Shown: one piece after another, positions 1 to 10,596 of the stretch | Layout: the number at the start of each line of letters is the position of its first letter | Position numbering within the stretch: position 1 is the stretch's first letter | Source of the DNA: an uncultured Gammaproteobacteria bacterium | GTDB taxonomy: Bacteria; Pseudomonadota; Gammaproteobacteria; UBA4575 | DNA length: 64,000 bases | Direction: 5' to 3' | Assembly (NCBI GenBank): GCA_963976865.1 | Contig: CAXBLY010000001.1 | Location: forward strand, 671,224-735,223 | Made by a program: the position numbers and the translations under genes | The notes under the pieces: generated by a model | Databases searched by the model: none | Seen by the model: the letters and a program-made list of their open reading frames with translations, nothing else | Told to the model about the DNA's origin: nothing

Positions 1-163
1 ATCGTTTAAAATTTGTTCACGAATATAACATATTGAATTATAAGGAATAATATATATAGCATTAATCGATTAATGGTTTATTCAAGACGCTGTATATACA
101 TTTTTTGATGATTGTTGCCTGCTGTGCATAACACGCTTCATTTTCCCGGAAATTTGCACAAAA

Positions 164-361
164 TTAGCACGATTCGTCTGCCCGAAAACAACGAAATAAT
201 GGCGTTTCCCCTTCAGTATTTGGGGTTAATCGAATTAGTATTGGTTGGCAGCAAACCTGGCAATCTTCATAGTATTGCTGTTCTGAGTCGAGTGATTCAA
301 ACAGGAATTCGATGAGCTCTCCACAGTAAGGGCATGAGGCAGTAGTACTTTCCAGATACAT
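164..361 (-). CDS. Small CPXCG-motif cysteine-rich protein
   Basis: 65 aa with CPYCG and YYEDCQVCCQP; directly downstream of hemW. Confidence 0.8.
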   Translation of the reverse strand: MYLESTTASCPYCGELIEFLFESLDSEQQYYEDCQVCCQPILIRLTPNTEGETPLFRCFRADESC

Positions 362-363
362 TA

Positions 364-1527
364 TTAGTCAGGTAAAAATCTTTGGGTTAGTTCGTCGAGG
401 TATTGATAACCGTGAGCACTGGCCCGATACCGATCATTCACTCTTTCCATTAATCCCTCAGCTATCTGTACATTAACAAGCGGCTCGACATGAGACCAGT
501 CAAGTCCTGTGGTTCGGCTAAACAGGTCTGTCGTAAATCCCTCTGTTAGACGGAGATTGTTAAGCATAAATTCAAATATCAATTGATCGCTGGCTACAAA
601 GTGTTGCTGCAAAACATGGGACTGCTCAAATACGGCCTGTATATAACTATTCGGCTGGCGCGTACGCTGATTGCGAAGAACACCTTCGTGAGTCGTGATT
701 TTACTGTGTGCGCCGGCGCCTATGCCAAGGTAGTCACCATACTGCCAGTAATTAGTGTTATGGACACACTGTGAATTCGTGTGTGCAAAGGCTGATACTT
801 CATAGCGCTGGAAATCAGCCGCCTCCAGAATTTGCAGGCCATTGACCTGGATTTCCCAGTTGATGTCTTCACTGGGCAGTCTGGGAGGGTAGCGATGAAA
901 TACAGTATTGGGTTCAAGTGTGAGCTGATAATAAGAAATGTGATTTACCTTTTGCTGGCAGGCAGTCTGGATATCGGCCAATGCTTCTTCGGGCGACTGG
1001 TCCGGTAAACCAAACATCAAATCAACATTGATATTGTTAAAACCTATCTGATGGGCGGTTTCCAATGCATTGATCGCTTCGCCGGCATCATGAATTCTTC
1101 CCAGCGCAGAAAGATGTTTATTATTAAAACTCTGGGCACCCACTGAAATACGATTAATACCGGCAGACAGAAACTCTGCGAATTTCTGATACTCAAATGT
1201 GCCTGGATTGGTTTCAAGGGTGACTTCACAATCCGGTGCTAACCTGGTCAGGTGTTTACACGCTGATAAAATTTTTGCGATAGATTCGGGTGAAAACAGA
1301 CTGGGTGTCCCACCACCAATAAAGACAGACTGTACAGTGCGCTCGCGAATAAACGGGGCCGATTGTGTCAGATCAGTGATTAATTGCTGTGTATATAGTT
1401 GTTCAGGAAACTGATTAACACTGGTTGCATGGGAATTGAAGTCGCAATAGGCACATTTGTGCAAACACCAGGGAAGATGGATGTAAATGCTTACAGGATG
1501 TTGCTGCATTGAGTCAGCAGTTTTCAT
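364..1527 (-). CDS. hemW: Radical SAM heme chaperone HemW (YggW)
   Basis: YIHLPWCLHKCAYCDFNS (CxxxCxxC), GGGTPS, HNTNYW; adjacent to rdgB. Confidence 0.93.
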   Translation of the reverse strand: MKTADSMQQHPVSIYIHLPWCLHKCAYCDFNSHATSVNQFPEQLYTQQLITDLTQSAPFIRERTVQSVFIGGGTPSLFSPESIAKILSACKHLTRLAPDCEVTLETNPGTFEYQKFAEFLSAGINRISVGAQSFNNKHLSALGRIHDAGEAINALETAHQIGFNNINVDLMFGLPDQSPEEALADIQTACQQKVNHISYYQLTLEPNTVFHRYPPRLPSEDINWEIQVNGLQILEAADFQRYEVSAFAHTNSQCVHNTNYWQYGDYLGIGAGAHSKITTHEGVLRNQRTRQPNSYIQAVFEQSHVLQQHFVASDQLIFEFMLNNLRLTEGFTTDLFSRTTGLDWSHVEPLVNVQIAEGLMERVNDRYRASAHGYQYLDELTQRFLPD

Positions 1528-1531
1528 GTTT

Positions 1532-2158
1532 TCACATGTGGCTTAGAAAAGCGGGGAATTTACTGGCGAGTTCACGTAATGCCTGGCCACGATGACTGAG
1601 ACTGTTCTTAACGTCAGGAGACAGTTCGGCGGATGTACAAGAGTGGGAGGGGACAAAAAACAGTGGATCATAACCAAAACCATTAATGCCAGATTGCTGT
1701 TCCACAATAATGCCTTCCCAGGTTCCACTGCAAATGAGCGGAGTGGGATCTTTGGCGTGGCGCATTAACACGAGTACGCACTGGAAGCGGGCAGTTCTTT
1801 TGTCTTTGGGCACATCTTTTAATTCATTCAATAAGCGATCATTATTGGCCTGATTATTACAGGGTTGCCCTGCGTAACGTGCAGAGTAAATGCCGGGTGC
1901 TCCTTGCAGATAATCCACTTCTATCCCGGAATCATCTGCCAGTGCCATTAAGCCAGTTTGCTCGCATGCATGGCGTGCTTTAATTAATGCATTTTCAACA
2001 AATGTTAAGCCAGTCTCATCAGCGTCACTGATATTCCACTCTGACTGAGGGGCAAGGTCATAAGGCTGATTCTTGAAAATAGCCTGGATCTCACGCAGTT
2101 TGCCCTGATTACTACTGGCTAAAACAATTTTATGTTGATCACTGCTCATGCAAGGCAC
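1532..2158 (-). CDS. rdgB: Non-canonical purine NTP pyrophosphatase RdgB
   Basis: [30 protein letters not shown] motifs; true start may be 2149. Confidence 0.95.
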   Translation of the reverse strand: MPCMSSDQHKIVLASSNQGKLREIQAIFKNQPYDLAPQSEWNISDADETGLTFVENALIKARHACEQTGLMALADDSGIEVDYLQGAPGIYSARYAGQPCNNQANNDRLLNELKDVPKDKRTARFQCVLVLMRHAKDPTPLICSGTWEGIIVEQQSGINGFGYDPLFFVPSHSCTSAELSPDVKNSLSHRGQALRELASKFPAFLSHM

Positions 2159-2859
2159 AGTTTCTGTTTTTCAATGATCGAATTGATCCCTGCTTTGCCG
2201 AGTGCCAGCATTTGCTGTAATTCCTGATCATCAAAGCAGTGGCCTTCTGCTGTTCCCTGCACCTCTATGAATTTTTGCTGTTCTGTCATAACAAGATTCA
2301 TATCAGTATCAGCATTGGAGTCTTCAGCGTAGTCAAGATCCAGAACCGGGTTTTGTTCAAATATACCTACCGAGACTGACGCCACAAACCACTGCACAGG
2401 GTTTTGTTTAATGGCACCAGCATTCACCAGCGACTGAATAGCGTCATAAAGAGCAACAAATCCCCCGCTAATAGAGGCTGTGCGGGTACCGCCATCAGCT
2501 TGTATGACATCGCAATCGACAGTAATGGTATTTTCACCTAACAGGCGCATATCAACAGCGGCACGCAGGGAGCGACCAATCAGGCGCTGAATCTCCTGTG
2601 TGCGACCACCCTGTTTGCCCTGAGTAGATTCACGGCGCATGCGTGAGCCGGTAGAACGTGGCAACATGCCATATTCTGCAGTGATCCAGCCTTTACCCTG
2701 ATTTCTCATCCAGGGTGGGACATTAGGTTCAATAGAGGCATTGCATAATACTTTGGTGTCACCAAACTCAACCAGTACTGATCCTTCTGCATGCTTGGTA
2801 TAGTTGCGTGTAAATTGAATGTCACGCAGTTGTTCCGGGGTACGGCCACTAGGTCGCAT
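2146..2859 (-). CDS. rph: Ribonuclease PH
   Basis: Starts MRPSGR; [22 protein letters not shown] motifs; start trimmed from the ORF track. Confidence 0.96.
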   Translation of the reverse strand: MRPSGRTPEQLRDIQFTRNYTKHAEGSVLVEFGDTKVLCNASIEPNVPPWMRNQGKGWITAEYGMLPRSTGSRMRRESTQGKQGGRTQEIQRLIGRSLRAAVDMRLLGENTITVDCDVIQADGGTRTASISGGFVALYDAIQSLVNAGAIKQNPVQWFVASVSVGIFEQNPVLDLDYAEDSNADTDMNLVMTEQQKFIEVQGTAEGHCFDDQELQQMLALGKAGINSIIEKQKLCLA

Positions 2860-2946
2860 AGATTTCTCCATATTGTCGAAGGCGCGCATTATACGAGATT
2901 TAGTTGAGCTCGAAAGAATTATTGAAAAGAATTTTAAGGAGATAGC

Positions 2947-3813
2947 ATGCTTAAAAGTATGACCGCGTTTGCGCGTGTCGAAGAAAATCACCCTATAGGG
3001 AGCTTTGTCTGGGAGATTCGTTCGATTAATCACCGTTATCTGGAGGTTGGTTTTCGCCTGCCGGAAGAGCTCAGGTCTTCTGAATTTGATTTGCGTAAAC
3101 AGGTGCAGAATTTATTGAGCCGGGGAAAAGTAGACTGCACGTTTCGCTTAAAAACGACAGCAGCTTCCGATGTGAATTTAAGTATTAATGAAACTTTGCT
3201 GGATAGATTGCTTGAGCAAACACAAATTCTGCGCAACAAGGCTCCAGAAATTACCAGTCCCAATGCGATAGAATTACTGTCATGGCCGGGTGTGACCGAG
3301 CAGGCGCAAATAGATCAGGCCGAGCTGGTGAAAACAGCCAGACAATTATTTGATCAGGCAATCAGATCACTAATCGAGAGTCGAAAGATGGAAGGTGATC
3401 GCATGCGTGAGTTAATTGCACAACGCGGTACACAGTTAAAACGATTAGTTGAAACCGTGCGTGAACGCCGACCAGAAGTTTTATCCGCGATCAGAACAAA
3501 GCTGATGACGCGCATCGAAGACATGAACGTGGATATGGACACAAATCGATTCGAGCAGGAATTAGTGATGATTGCACAAAAGCTGGATGTCGATGAGGAA
3601 CTGGATCGACTGGATAGTCACTTGACAGAACTGGAAGATGTACTGGCCAGTGATAAACCTGTTGGGCGCAGACTGGATTTTCTTATGCAGGAACTAAACA
3701 GAGAAGCAAATACGCTCAGTTCGAAATCCGCAGATATTGTCACAACACAAGCAGCGGTAGATATGAAAGTGAATATTGAACAGATGCGTGAGCAGGTACA
3801 AAACATAGAATAA
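2947..3813 (+). CDS. yicC: YicC/YloC family endoribonuclease
   Basis: [38 protein letters not shown]; divergent from rph. Confidence 0.93.
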   Translation: MLKSMTAFARVEENHPIGSFVWEIRSINHRYLEVGFRLPEELRSSEFDLRKQVQNLLSRGKVDCTFRLKTTAASDVNLSINETLLDRLLEQTQILRNKAPEITSPNAIELLSWPGVTEQAQIDQAELVKTARQLFDQAIRSLIESRKMEGDRMRELIAQRGTQLKRLVETVRERRPEVLSAIRTKLMTRIEDMNVDMDTNRFEQELVMIAQKLDVDEELDRLDSHLTELEDVLASDKPVGRRLDFLMQELNREANTLSSKSADIVTTQAAVDMKVNIEQMREQVQNIE

Positions 3814-3841
3814 CTTGAGACGGGTTTCAGGAAGACTAGGT

Positions 3842-4324
3842 ATGGATTTAAAAATATTTTGCACGGGTGGTACTTTCGACAAAGTATATTACGATGCTCT
3901 AAGTGATTATCAAATTGGTGAGCCGCAGGTTGAATGGATACTGAAACAGGCGGGTGTCAATTTTTCTTATGAGATTGAAAGTATACTTAAGAAAGATAGC
4001 CTGGAAATTACTGATGAAGACAGGGAACACATTGTTGCCAAGGTCAAGGCTGAGTCATGCAATAAAATCGTGATAACACATGGTACGGACACAATGGTGG
4101 AAACTGCGCAGGCTTTAAAGGCTGTTGGTGACAAGACAGTAGTGTTGGTAGGTGCCATGCTGCCAGCAAGGTTTAAAGATAGCGATGCGACATACAATGT
4201 TGGTTTTGCAACTTCAGCAGCTAGCGTATTGTCAGCTGGTATTTATATCGCAATGAACGGCCAGTTATTTAATGCTGATGAGGTGAAGAAGAATCGTGAT
4301 GCGGGGCGCTTTGAGAGTAAATAA
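3842..4324 (+). CDS. Short asparaginase-domain protein
   Basis: TGGTFDK and HGTDTM motifs. Confidence 0.85.
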   Translation: MDLKIFCTGGTFDKVYYDALSDYQIGEPQVEWILKQAGVNFSYEIESILKKDSLEITDEDREHIVAKVKAESCNKIVITHGTDTMVETAQALKAVGDKTVVLVGAMLPARFKDSDATYNVGFATSAASVLSAGIYIAMNGQLFNADEVKKNRDAGRFESK

Positions 4325-4349
4325 ATCTGGTCTGTAGTGCTTGCCAGGA

Positions 4350-4377
4350 CTTGAAATACAGATTATCGACACCATAT
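4350..4377 (+). promoter_or_regulatory. Sigma-32 (RpoH)-like promoter 1 of hsp20
   Basis: CTTGAAA-N13-CACCATAT versus consensus CTTGAAA-N13/14-CCCCATNT. Confidence 0.65.
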
Positions 4378-4396
4378 TTAATGCATATAGACAGGG

Positions 4397-4425
4397 CTTG
4401 AATTGTTAAATTGATAGCCCAATAT
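4397..4425 (+). promoter_or_regulatory. Sigma-32-like promoter 2 of hsp20
   Basis: CTTGAAT-N14-CCCAATAT upstream of the GGAGG RBS. Confidence 0.6.
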
Positions 4426-4456
4426 ATCAATTAGGCAATAAATTTTGGAGGTAGTT

Positions 4457-4879
4457 ATGTTAGCAAGAATGAATGTAAAACCAGTGAGCCTTTGGCGTGA
4501 ATTTAACGATATGGAGAACTGGCTATCGGCAGCAAATGGACAGTTGGAAACAGCGTCAGGCTGGGTACCAACAGTGGATGTGATTGAGCAGCAAGATCAC
4601 TATGTGCTGAAAGCAGATCTTCCAGGTATTGATCGCGATAACATCGAAATTATTTTTGAAGATGGTGCGCTAACGCTGAAAGGTGAACGAAACGAAAGTG
4701 TTGACAGCAATCATGATGGATATAAGCGTATTGAAAGAACTTACGGAAGATTCCAGAGAACTTTTAGTATGCCGGATAATATCGACGCTGATGCTATTAC
4801 TGCCAAATGTGAACACGGTGTGCTGGAAGTGCGTGTTCCCAAGCAGGAAAGAGCACAAAAGAAAATTGAAGTACAGTAA
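4457..4879 (+). CDS. Hsp20/alpha-crystallin small heat shock protein
   Basis: WVPTVDVIE, ADLPG, ERTYGRFQRTF, HGVLEVRVPK; RBS at 4447. Confidence 0.92.
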   Translation: MLARMNVKPVSLWREFNDMENWLSAANGQLETASGWVPTVDVIEQQDHYVLKADLPGIDRDNIEIIFEDGALTLKGERNESVDSNHDGYKRIERTYGRFQRTFSMPDNIDADAITAKCEHGVLEVRVPKQERAQKKIEVQ

Positions 4880-4945
4880 TTGCATCGTGGTGACTATCTA
4901 ATGATTGCATAACAGGCGATTATCATTTGAGCGTAACTTGGAGAA

Positions 4946-4977
4946 CAAAGGCGCCGCGTTAATTCGCGGCGCCTTTG
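4946..4977 (+). terminator. Perfect 13-bp stem-loop between hsp20 and cbpA
   Basis: CAAAGGCGCCGCG-TTAATT-CGCGGCGCCTTTG; only a short T tail. Confidence 0.6.
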
Positions 4978-4996
4978 GTTGGAATATTAATAAAGT

Positions 4997-5905
4997 ATGG
5001 AATATAAAGACTACTATAAAATTCTTGATGTAGAGCGAGATGCAAGTGAGGCTGAGATTAAAAAGTCTTACCGTCGTCTTGCGCGCAAGTATCATCCGGA
5101 TGTGAGCAAAGAGCCAGATGCAGAAAAACGATTCAAGGAATTGGGTGAGGCTTATGAGGTACTTAAAGATGCAAAAAAACGTCAGTCATATGATCTGCTA
5201 GGTGCCAACTGGAAAGCCGGACAGGATTTTAATCCACCCCCTGGATGGGATGGGGCGGGATTTGGTGGCTTTGGCGGTCATGCGGGCGGTTTTAATAACG
5301 CCAGTGGGTTTAGTGACTTTTTTGAAAGCATGTTTGGTGCGGATTTTTCCCAATCCGCTGGTGGTGGTCATCGCGCGTTCAGACAGGCAGGACAGGATCA
5401 GACTGCAAAAATCGATGTTTCTATTCGGGATGCATTCAATGGCGCGAGCAGAACTATCCGATTAAGTGATGGCAAGTCTTTGCAGGTTAAAATACCGAAA
5501 GGCATCACAACCGGTAAAAAAATTCGCCTTGGCGGCCAGGGTTCCCCGGGTATTAATGGTGGCGCGAATGGCGATCTGTACCTGGAAGTGACTGTCGTCA
5601 ATGATGCTGAATTTGAACTTAAAGGCAAAGATGTTTATGTGAATGTGAATATCGCACCATGGGAAGCGGCATTAGGTGAAAAAATACCTGTTAGAACACT
5701 GGATGGGCAGGTAGAAATTAAAGTGCCGGCAAACTCAAAAAGTGGTCGCAAGATGCGTCTGGCGGGAAAAGGTTTACCGGGCAATCCTGCGGGAGACTTA
5801 TATGTACGTTTAGTCATCTCTACGCCGCCAGCCGACAGCGATGATCAAAAAGAATTTTATCAGCAAATGAAATCCAGATTTTCATTTGATCCGCGGGCAA
5901 AATAA
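4997..5905 (+). CDS. cbpA: DnaJ-class co-chaperone, CbpA-like
   Basis: J domain with HPD, G/F region, DnaJ C-terminal domain, no zinc finger. Confidence 0.85.
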   Translation: MEYKDYYKILDVERDASEAEIKKSYRRLARKYHPDVSKEPDAEKRFKELGEAYEVLKDAKKRQSYDLLGANWKAGQDFNPPPGWDGAGFGGFGGHAGGFNNASGFSDFFESMFGADFSQSAGGGHRAFRQAGQDQTAKIDVSIRDAFNGASRTIRLSDGKSLQVKIPKGITTGKKIRLGGQGSPGINGGANGDLYLEVTVVNDAEFELKGKDVYVNVNIAPWEAALGEKIPVRTLDGQVEIKVPANSKSGRKMRLAGKGLPGNPAGDLYVRLVISTPPADSDDQKEFYQQMKSRFSFDPRAK

Positions 5906-5977
5906 GGTATTTACAGGGAACTGAACAAAAATATTTAACTCAAAAAAATCTAGAGAGATCACGGTAACGAAACTGAT

Positions 5978-7360
5978 ATGGATAATAAAATAACAAAATT
6001 TCTGTTGACCTGTCTGGCTGTCTTCATTGGTTTTTCAGGTATGTCAAACATTGCTCAGGCTGCTGGATTGCCACTGAGTGTTGGAGATGAGGCGCTGCCA
6101 ACCTTGGCACCAATGCTGGAGAAGGTGACACCCAGTGTTGTCAATATTGCAACCACAGGTACCATCGTTCAGCAAAGCCCATTATATAACGATCCATTCT
6201 TCAGAAGATTTTTTGATATACCGATGCAAAAGCGTGAGCGAAAACGCACGGGACTAGGCTCGGGTGTCATTCTGGACGCCGAAGAAGGTTACATCGTGAC
6301 GAATAATCATGTCATTGAAAAAGCTGATGACATAGTGGTTACCCTGAATGACGGAAGAAAGCTGGCAGCAACGATTGTCGGAAGAGACCCGGGTGCGGAT
6401 GTCGCCATTATTCAGGTGGAAGCTAAGAACCTGACAGAGATAAAAACGGCTAACTCGAACAATTTGCGAGTGGGTGATTTTGTCGTGGCAATTGGTAATC
6501 CATTTGGCCTCGGTCAAACAGTAACATCTGGCATTGTCAGTGCGCTTGGTCGTAGTGGTCTGGGGATCGAGTCTTATGAAGATTTTATACAAACAGATGC
6601 CTCCATTAATCCGGGAAACTCAGGTGGCGCGCTGGTGAATTTACGCGGTGAATTAGTCGGAATTAATACGGCTATTGTTGGGCCAAATGGTGGCAGCGTG
6701 GGCATTGGATTTGCTATTCCCGTAAATATGGCAAAGCAGATAATTACGCAACTTATTGAGCACGGTGAAGTGAAGCGAGGGCGCCTTGGGTTTACTGCGC
6801 AGGACTTAACGCCTGAACTGGCAGAAGCTTTTGATATCGATCAGCATCGGGGTGTAGTGGTTGCCAGGGTTGAAGTCGACTCGGCCGCTGAAAAAGCGGG
6901 AATGCGTGCGGGCGATGTGATTGTATCCGTGAATGGTGAGCCAGTAGATGATTCTGCAGATGTGCGCAATATAATTGGCCTGATCCGTGTCGGGACGAAA
7001 ATAAAAATTGATATCATTCGCGATGGCAAGAAGAAGCACCTGATTGCAAAGATTGCGGAAAAGATATCAAAATCCATTGCTGGCAAAAAAATATCCAGCA
7101 AACTGGAAGGGGCGGAATTAACCATGACGGAAGTTGAACACCGTAATGGTGAAGCAGCGCAAGTGATATTAATTTCAAAACTGGAACCGGGTAGCCCGGC
7201 ATCAAACTCGGGGTTGCGGGGTAACGATATTATACTGTCGGTGAACAAACGTCCGGTGAGTACCTTTGAAGAAATGGAGCAGGCGATCAAAGTAGAATCG
7301 CGCGGTCTGTTATTAAATGTTCAGCGAGGTAATCGTGGACTCTTTATTCTGATTAGATAA
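5978..7360 (+). CDS. Periplasmic Do/DegQ family serine protease with two PDZ domains
   Basis: Signal peptide, TNNHV, QTDASINPGNSGGAL. Confidence 0.93.
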   Translation: MDNKITKFLLTCLAVFIGFSGMSNIAQAAGLPLSVGDEALPTLAPMLEKVTPSVVNIATTGTIVQQSPLYNDPFFRRFFDIPMQKRERKRTGLGSGVILDAEEGYIVTNNHVIEKADDIVVTLNDGRKLAATIVGRDPGADVAIIQVEAKNLTEIKTANSNNLRVGDFVVAIGNPFGLGQTVTSGIVSALGRSGLGIESYEDFIQTDASINPGNSGGALVNLRGELVGINTAIVGPNGGSVGIGFAIPVNMAKQIITQLIEHGEVKRGRLGFTAQDLTPELAEAFDIDQHRGVVVARVEVDSAAEKAGMRAGDVIVSVNGEPVDDSADVRNIIGLIRVGTKIKIDIIRDGKKKHLIAKIAEKISKSIAGKKISSKLEGAELTMTEVEHRNGEAAQVILISKLEPGSPASNSGLRGNDIILSVNKRPVSTFEEMEQAIKVESRGLLLNVQRGNRGLFILIR

Positions 7361-7367
7361 AGAGTCA

Positions 7368-7601
7368 TCACCCTCCCGTGACGGGAGGGAAAAATGCCAC
7401 CTCATCCCCATCCTGAACCTGGTCACTGAAGCTGACGTATTCCTGATTGACTGCTACCAGCATGTTTGTCGGCACGTCCGGTTGATTCGTGCTTAGATCC
7501 CACACATCATTAACGGTTAAATCGGGCTGAAAATTTAACGCCACTTCGCTGACACCGAGTTGCTCTCGTAAACTGGCAAAAAATCGTACACTAATTGTCA
7601 T
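7368..7601 (-). CDS. moaD: Molybdopterin synthase sulfur carrier
   Basis: FFASLRE; C-terminal FFPPVTGG. Confidence 0.93.
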   Translation of the reverse strand: MTISVRFFASLREQLGVSEVALNFQPDLTVNDVWDLSTNQPDVPTNMLVAVNQEYVSFSDQVQDGDEVAFFPPVTGG

Positions 7602-7670
7602 ATTGGAAATAATTCTGAACAGTGAGTTGGTGTATCATCGTACATAAATACTTTCTACGTAAATATTATC

Positions 7671-8147
7671 ATGTCTCAGTTAACTCATTTTAACACTTCA
7701 GGTGAAGCCCATATGGTCGATGTGGGCGAAAAGCCCCTAACTCAGCGAATTGCCGTAGCAGAAGGCCGCATTAATATGAATGCGGATACGCTGGCACTGA
7801 TTCAGCAAGGGGGTCATAAAAAGGGGGATGTGCTCGGCATTGCGAGAATTGCCGGCATTATGGCTGCAAAGAAAACAGCTGATCTAATACCCTTATGCCA
7901 TCCATTGCAATTGTCGTCCGTGAAAGTGGATTTTACCTGTGATCCCGCAGTCAATGAGGTGCATTGTGCTGTCACCGTTAAAACAACCGGGCCAACAGGT
8001 GTGGAAATGGAAGCGCTGACCGCGGTGCAGATTGCTTTGTTAACTATTTACGATATGTGTAAAGCAGTTGATCGGGGCATGGCGATGTCAGGAATTCAGT
8101 TATTAGAGAAACAGGGCGGGAAGTCTGGCACCTGGACAAGAGACTAA
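7671..8147 (+). CDS. moaC: Cyclic pyranopterin monophosphate synthase
   Basis: [26 protein letters not shown]. Confidence 0.96.
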   Translation: MSQLTHFNTSGEAHMVDVGEKPLTQRIAVAEGRINMNADTLALIQQGGHKKGDVLGIARIAGIMAAKKTADLIPLCHPLQLSSVKVDFTCDPAVNEVHCAVTVKTTGPTGVEMEALTAVQIALLTIYDMCKAVDRGMAMSGIQLLEKQGGKSGTWTRD

Positions 8148-8188
8148 CCCGTTTGCAAATCACTACATAAGGTTGAGGAGCCGTCACA

Positions 8189-10030
8189 ATGAAAATAATT
8201 AAATATCTCATTATTGCTATCGTTGTTCTGTTAGTTGTGTTTGTTGCCGGAGCAGCAATACTGGTGGCAACAGTGGATCCCAATGATCATAAGGAAAGTA
8301 TTGTTGCTGCTGTCAAAGACGCCACCGGACGGGATCTCAAACTGGAAGGTGATATCGGGTTTTCGTTTTTCCCTAAACTGGGCGTAAAACTGGGTCAGGC
8401 GGAATTTAGCAATGCCAAAGGCTTTGGTAGTGAACCATTTGCCAGCGTGGATAAAGTGGGAGTCAGTGTTGATTTGCTAAGCCTGCTTAAAATGAAAGTT
8501 CAGGCGGACACCATTGAGCTGAAAGGCCTGAGAGTCAATCTGCAAAAAAACAAAAATGGCCAAACAAACTGGGATGATCTCACAGCCAGCTCAGGTGATA
8601 AAAGCAGCGATGCTGCACCCTCAGGTGATGGTGCAGATATTGGTCTGGAAGTGGCTGGAATTCATATCACGGATTCACAGGTTATTTATGATGATCGTCA
8701 GGCAGGCAACAAAATTACATTAAATCCAATTGAATTAAAGACAGGTTCTGTTGGCAGCGGCAAGCCTTCAAAAATAAGTGCGCAACTTGGTCTCGAACAG
8801 ACTAATCCGCCTCTTATTGCCGAAGTGGATTTAAATACCAACGCGCGTTTGAATATCAGTACAGCGGTTTACCAGCTTGCCGATCTTGTTTTATCGGTCA
8901 ACGCCAAAGGTGATACCTTGCCAAATGGTGAATTGAACTTACAGGTTAAGAGTGATGTAGAAGCCAATTTAAAGAGTGAGTCACTAAAACTTGATCCGGT
9001 TGATATTAGCCTGGCAGATGTTCTGCTGGACGGCAGCTTAAGTGTTAAATCATTTTCCAGACCAAACATAAAATTTGCGCTGCATTCAGATGAAATTGAT
9101 TTGGCAAAATTAATTCCTGCGAGCGATAGTTCGGCTGCTTCTTCAAATGCAAATTCAGAAGCACAGGCAGATACTGACGCAAAAATCGAATTGCCGGTCG
9201 ATATGCTGAGATCATTGAAAATTGATGGTTCTCTCAAAGTCGGCAAGCTGCTGGCGTCTGGATTAACAATGACGGATATCAGTGCCAACATTAATGGCAA
9301 TGGCGGAGTGATTAAGCTCAATCCATTGACGATGAATTTATATCAGGGTGTGTATACGGGAAGTGCAGGGTTAAACGTCAGTGAAAAAACACCCAAATAC
9401 TCGGCCAGCAGTGATTTGAAAAACCTGGCCATTGCCGGTCTGATGGAAGACCTGTCTGAAGATGGCAAGTCGATCATACGCGGTAAAACAGAAATGGCAT
9501 TTAATGTCACCACCTCAGGAGACCGTCCCTCGATTCTGACCAAGCGCCTCAATGGTAACGCCAGTTTCAAAGCGGCAGACGGTGCACTGCAAAGTGAGAA
9601 GCTTGCACAAAATGTTGAAAGAGTCATTGCGTTCCTGAAAGGCCGTGAACCAAAACCGGCAGGCGAAGAACTTGTGTTTGATTCACTGGCTGGCACATTT
9701 AATATTCAAAATGGTGTTGCTAAAAACGATGATCTTAAATTGATTACCCCTCTCATATATGTCGATGGTAAAGGTGACATTGATATCGGCGAGTCTGATC
9801 TGGATTATGTGATGGCTGTTGGTGTATCTGATGAACCAGGGAAAGCCGCCATTCCGATTACCATTAAAGGACCATTTGACAAGCCAAAATATGGTGTAGA
9901 TTTCAAAGCGGCCCTGAGTGAAAAGCAAAAGCAGGTTGTTGAAGAAAAGAAAGAAGAAATAAAAGAAAAAATTAACGATAAAGTTAAAGACAAACTGGGT
10001 GATAAGCTAAAAGGCATCAAACTGTTTTAA
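8189..10030 (+). CDS. AsmA family protein
   Basis: N-terminal TM anchor, DPND..ATGR.L.L.GDI pattern; typical asmA-mutY-yggX context. Confidence 0.85.
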   Translation: MKIIKYLIIAIVVLLVVFVAGAAILVATVDPNDHKESIVAAVKDATGRDLKLEGDIGFSFFPKLGVKLGQAEFSNAKGFGSEPFASVDKVGVSVDLLSLLKMKVQADTIELKGLRVNLQKNKNGQTNWDDLTASSGDKSSDAAPSGDGADIGLEVAGIHITDSQVIYDDRQAGNKITLNPIELKTGSVGSGKPSKISAQLGLEQTNPPLIAEVDLNTNARLNISTAVYQLADLVLSVNAKGDTLPNGELNLQVKSDVEANLKSESLKLDPVDISLADVLLDGSLSVKSFSRPNIKFALHSDEIDLAKLIPASDSSAASSNANSEAQADTDAKIELPVDMLRSLKIDGSLKVGKLLASGLTMTDISANINGNGGVIKLNPLTMNLYQGVYTGSAGLNVSEKTPKYSASSDLKNLAIAGLMEDLSEDGKSIIRGKTEMAFNVTTSGDRPSILTKRLNGNASFKAADGALQSEKLAQNVERVIAFLKGREPKPAGEELVFDSLAGTFNIQNGVAKNDDLKLITPLIYVDGKGDIDIGESDLDYVMAVGVSDEPGKAAIPITIKGPFDKPKYGVDFKAALSEKQKQVVEEKKEEIKEKINDKVKDKLGDKLKGIKLF

Positions 10031-10596
10031 TGCGAGGTTTCATCTGTGCGCTGTGGTTATTAATTTCTGCAGCGCACGCTGGTACAGCAGCAGAACAGCC
10101 GGTTATTGTCGACGTTCAGCGTGAAGCCGGAAATGTTTATCGTTTTAGTATGCAGTTTGTTGCAAATGCAGCTCCTGAATCGGTGTTTGCAGTTATTACC
10201 AACTATAACCAGCTCACTGAGTTGAATCCGTTAATTAAGTCCAGTCGTTTGCTACCGTCTAATTCACCTGGCGTTGACCGGGTTGAGCTCATCACAGAAG
10301 GCTGCCTGCTGTTTTTTTGCAAGAAAATTCGGCGTGTAGAAGACGCGAGAGTGGATGACGATCTCAATATTACTACGGTGATTGTGCCATCAATGAGCGA
10401 TTTTAAATCCGGGGATACCCGCTGGACATTTAAATCTGATGGGGATAAAACAATTGTGAATTACATAGCTTCTATGCAGCCGGATTTCTGGTTGCCACCC
10501 TTTGTGGGGCCTTACGCACTCAAAAGACAGATACGATCCCAGCTTCAGTACACTGCACGCAAGATCAATTCCATACTCGCATCGAATGCAAGCTAA
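10030..10596 (+). CDS. Secreted SRPBCC/polyketide-cyclase-like protein
   Basis: Signal peptide; VITNYNQL...P, GCLLFFCK, PDFWLPP. Confidence 0.6.
   Translation: MRGFICALWLLISAAHAGTAAEQPVIVDVQREAGNVYRFSMQFVANAAPESVFAVITNYNQLTELNPLIKSSRLLPSNSPGVDRVELITEGCLLFFCKKIRRVEDARVDDDLNITTVIVPSMSDFKSGDTRWTFKSDGDKTIVNYIASMQPDFWLPPFVGPYALKRQIRSQLQYTARKINSILASNAS

Noticed and set aside
2860-3033. N-terminal extension of rph in the ORF track, and similar extensions of mutY, ubiA and the DUF2796 gene
   Set aside because: They extend past the family-typical starts and mostly overlap neighbouring genes, so they are likely ORF-calling artefacts.
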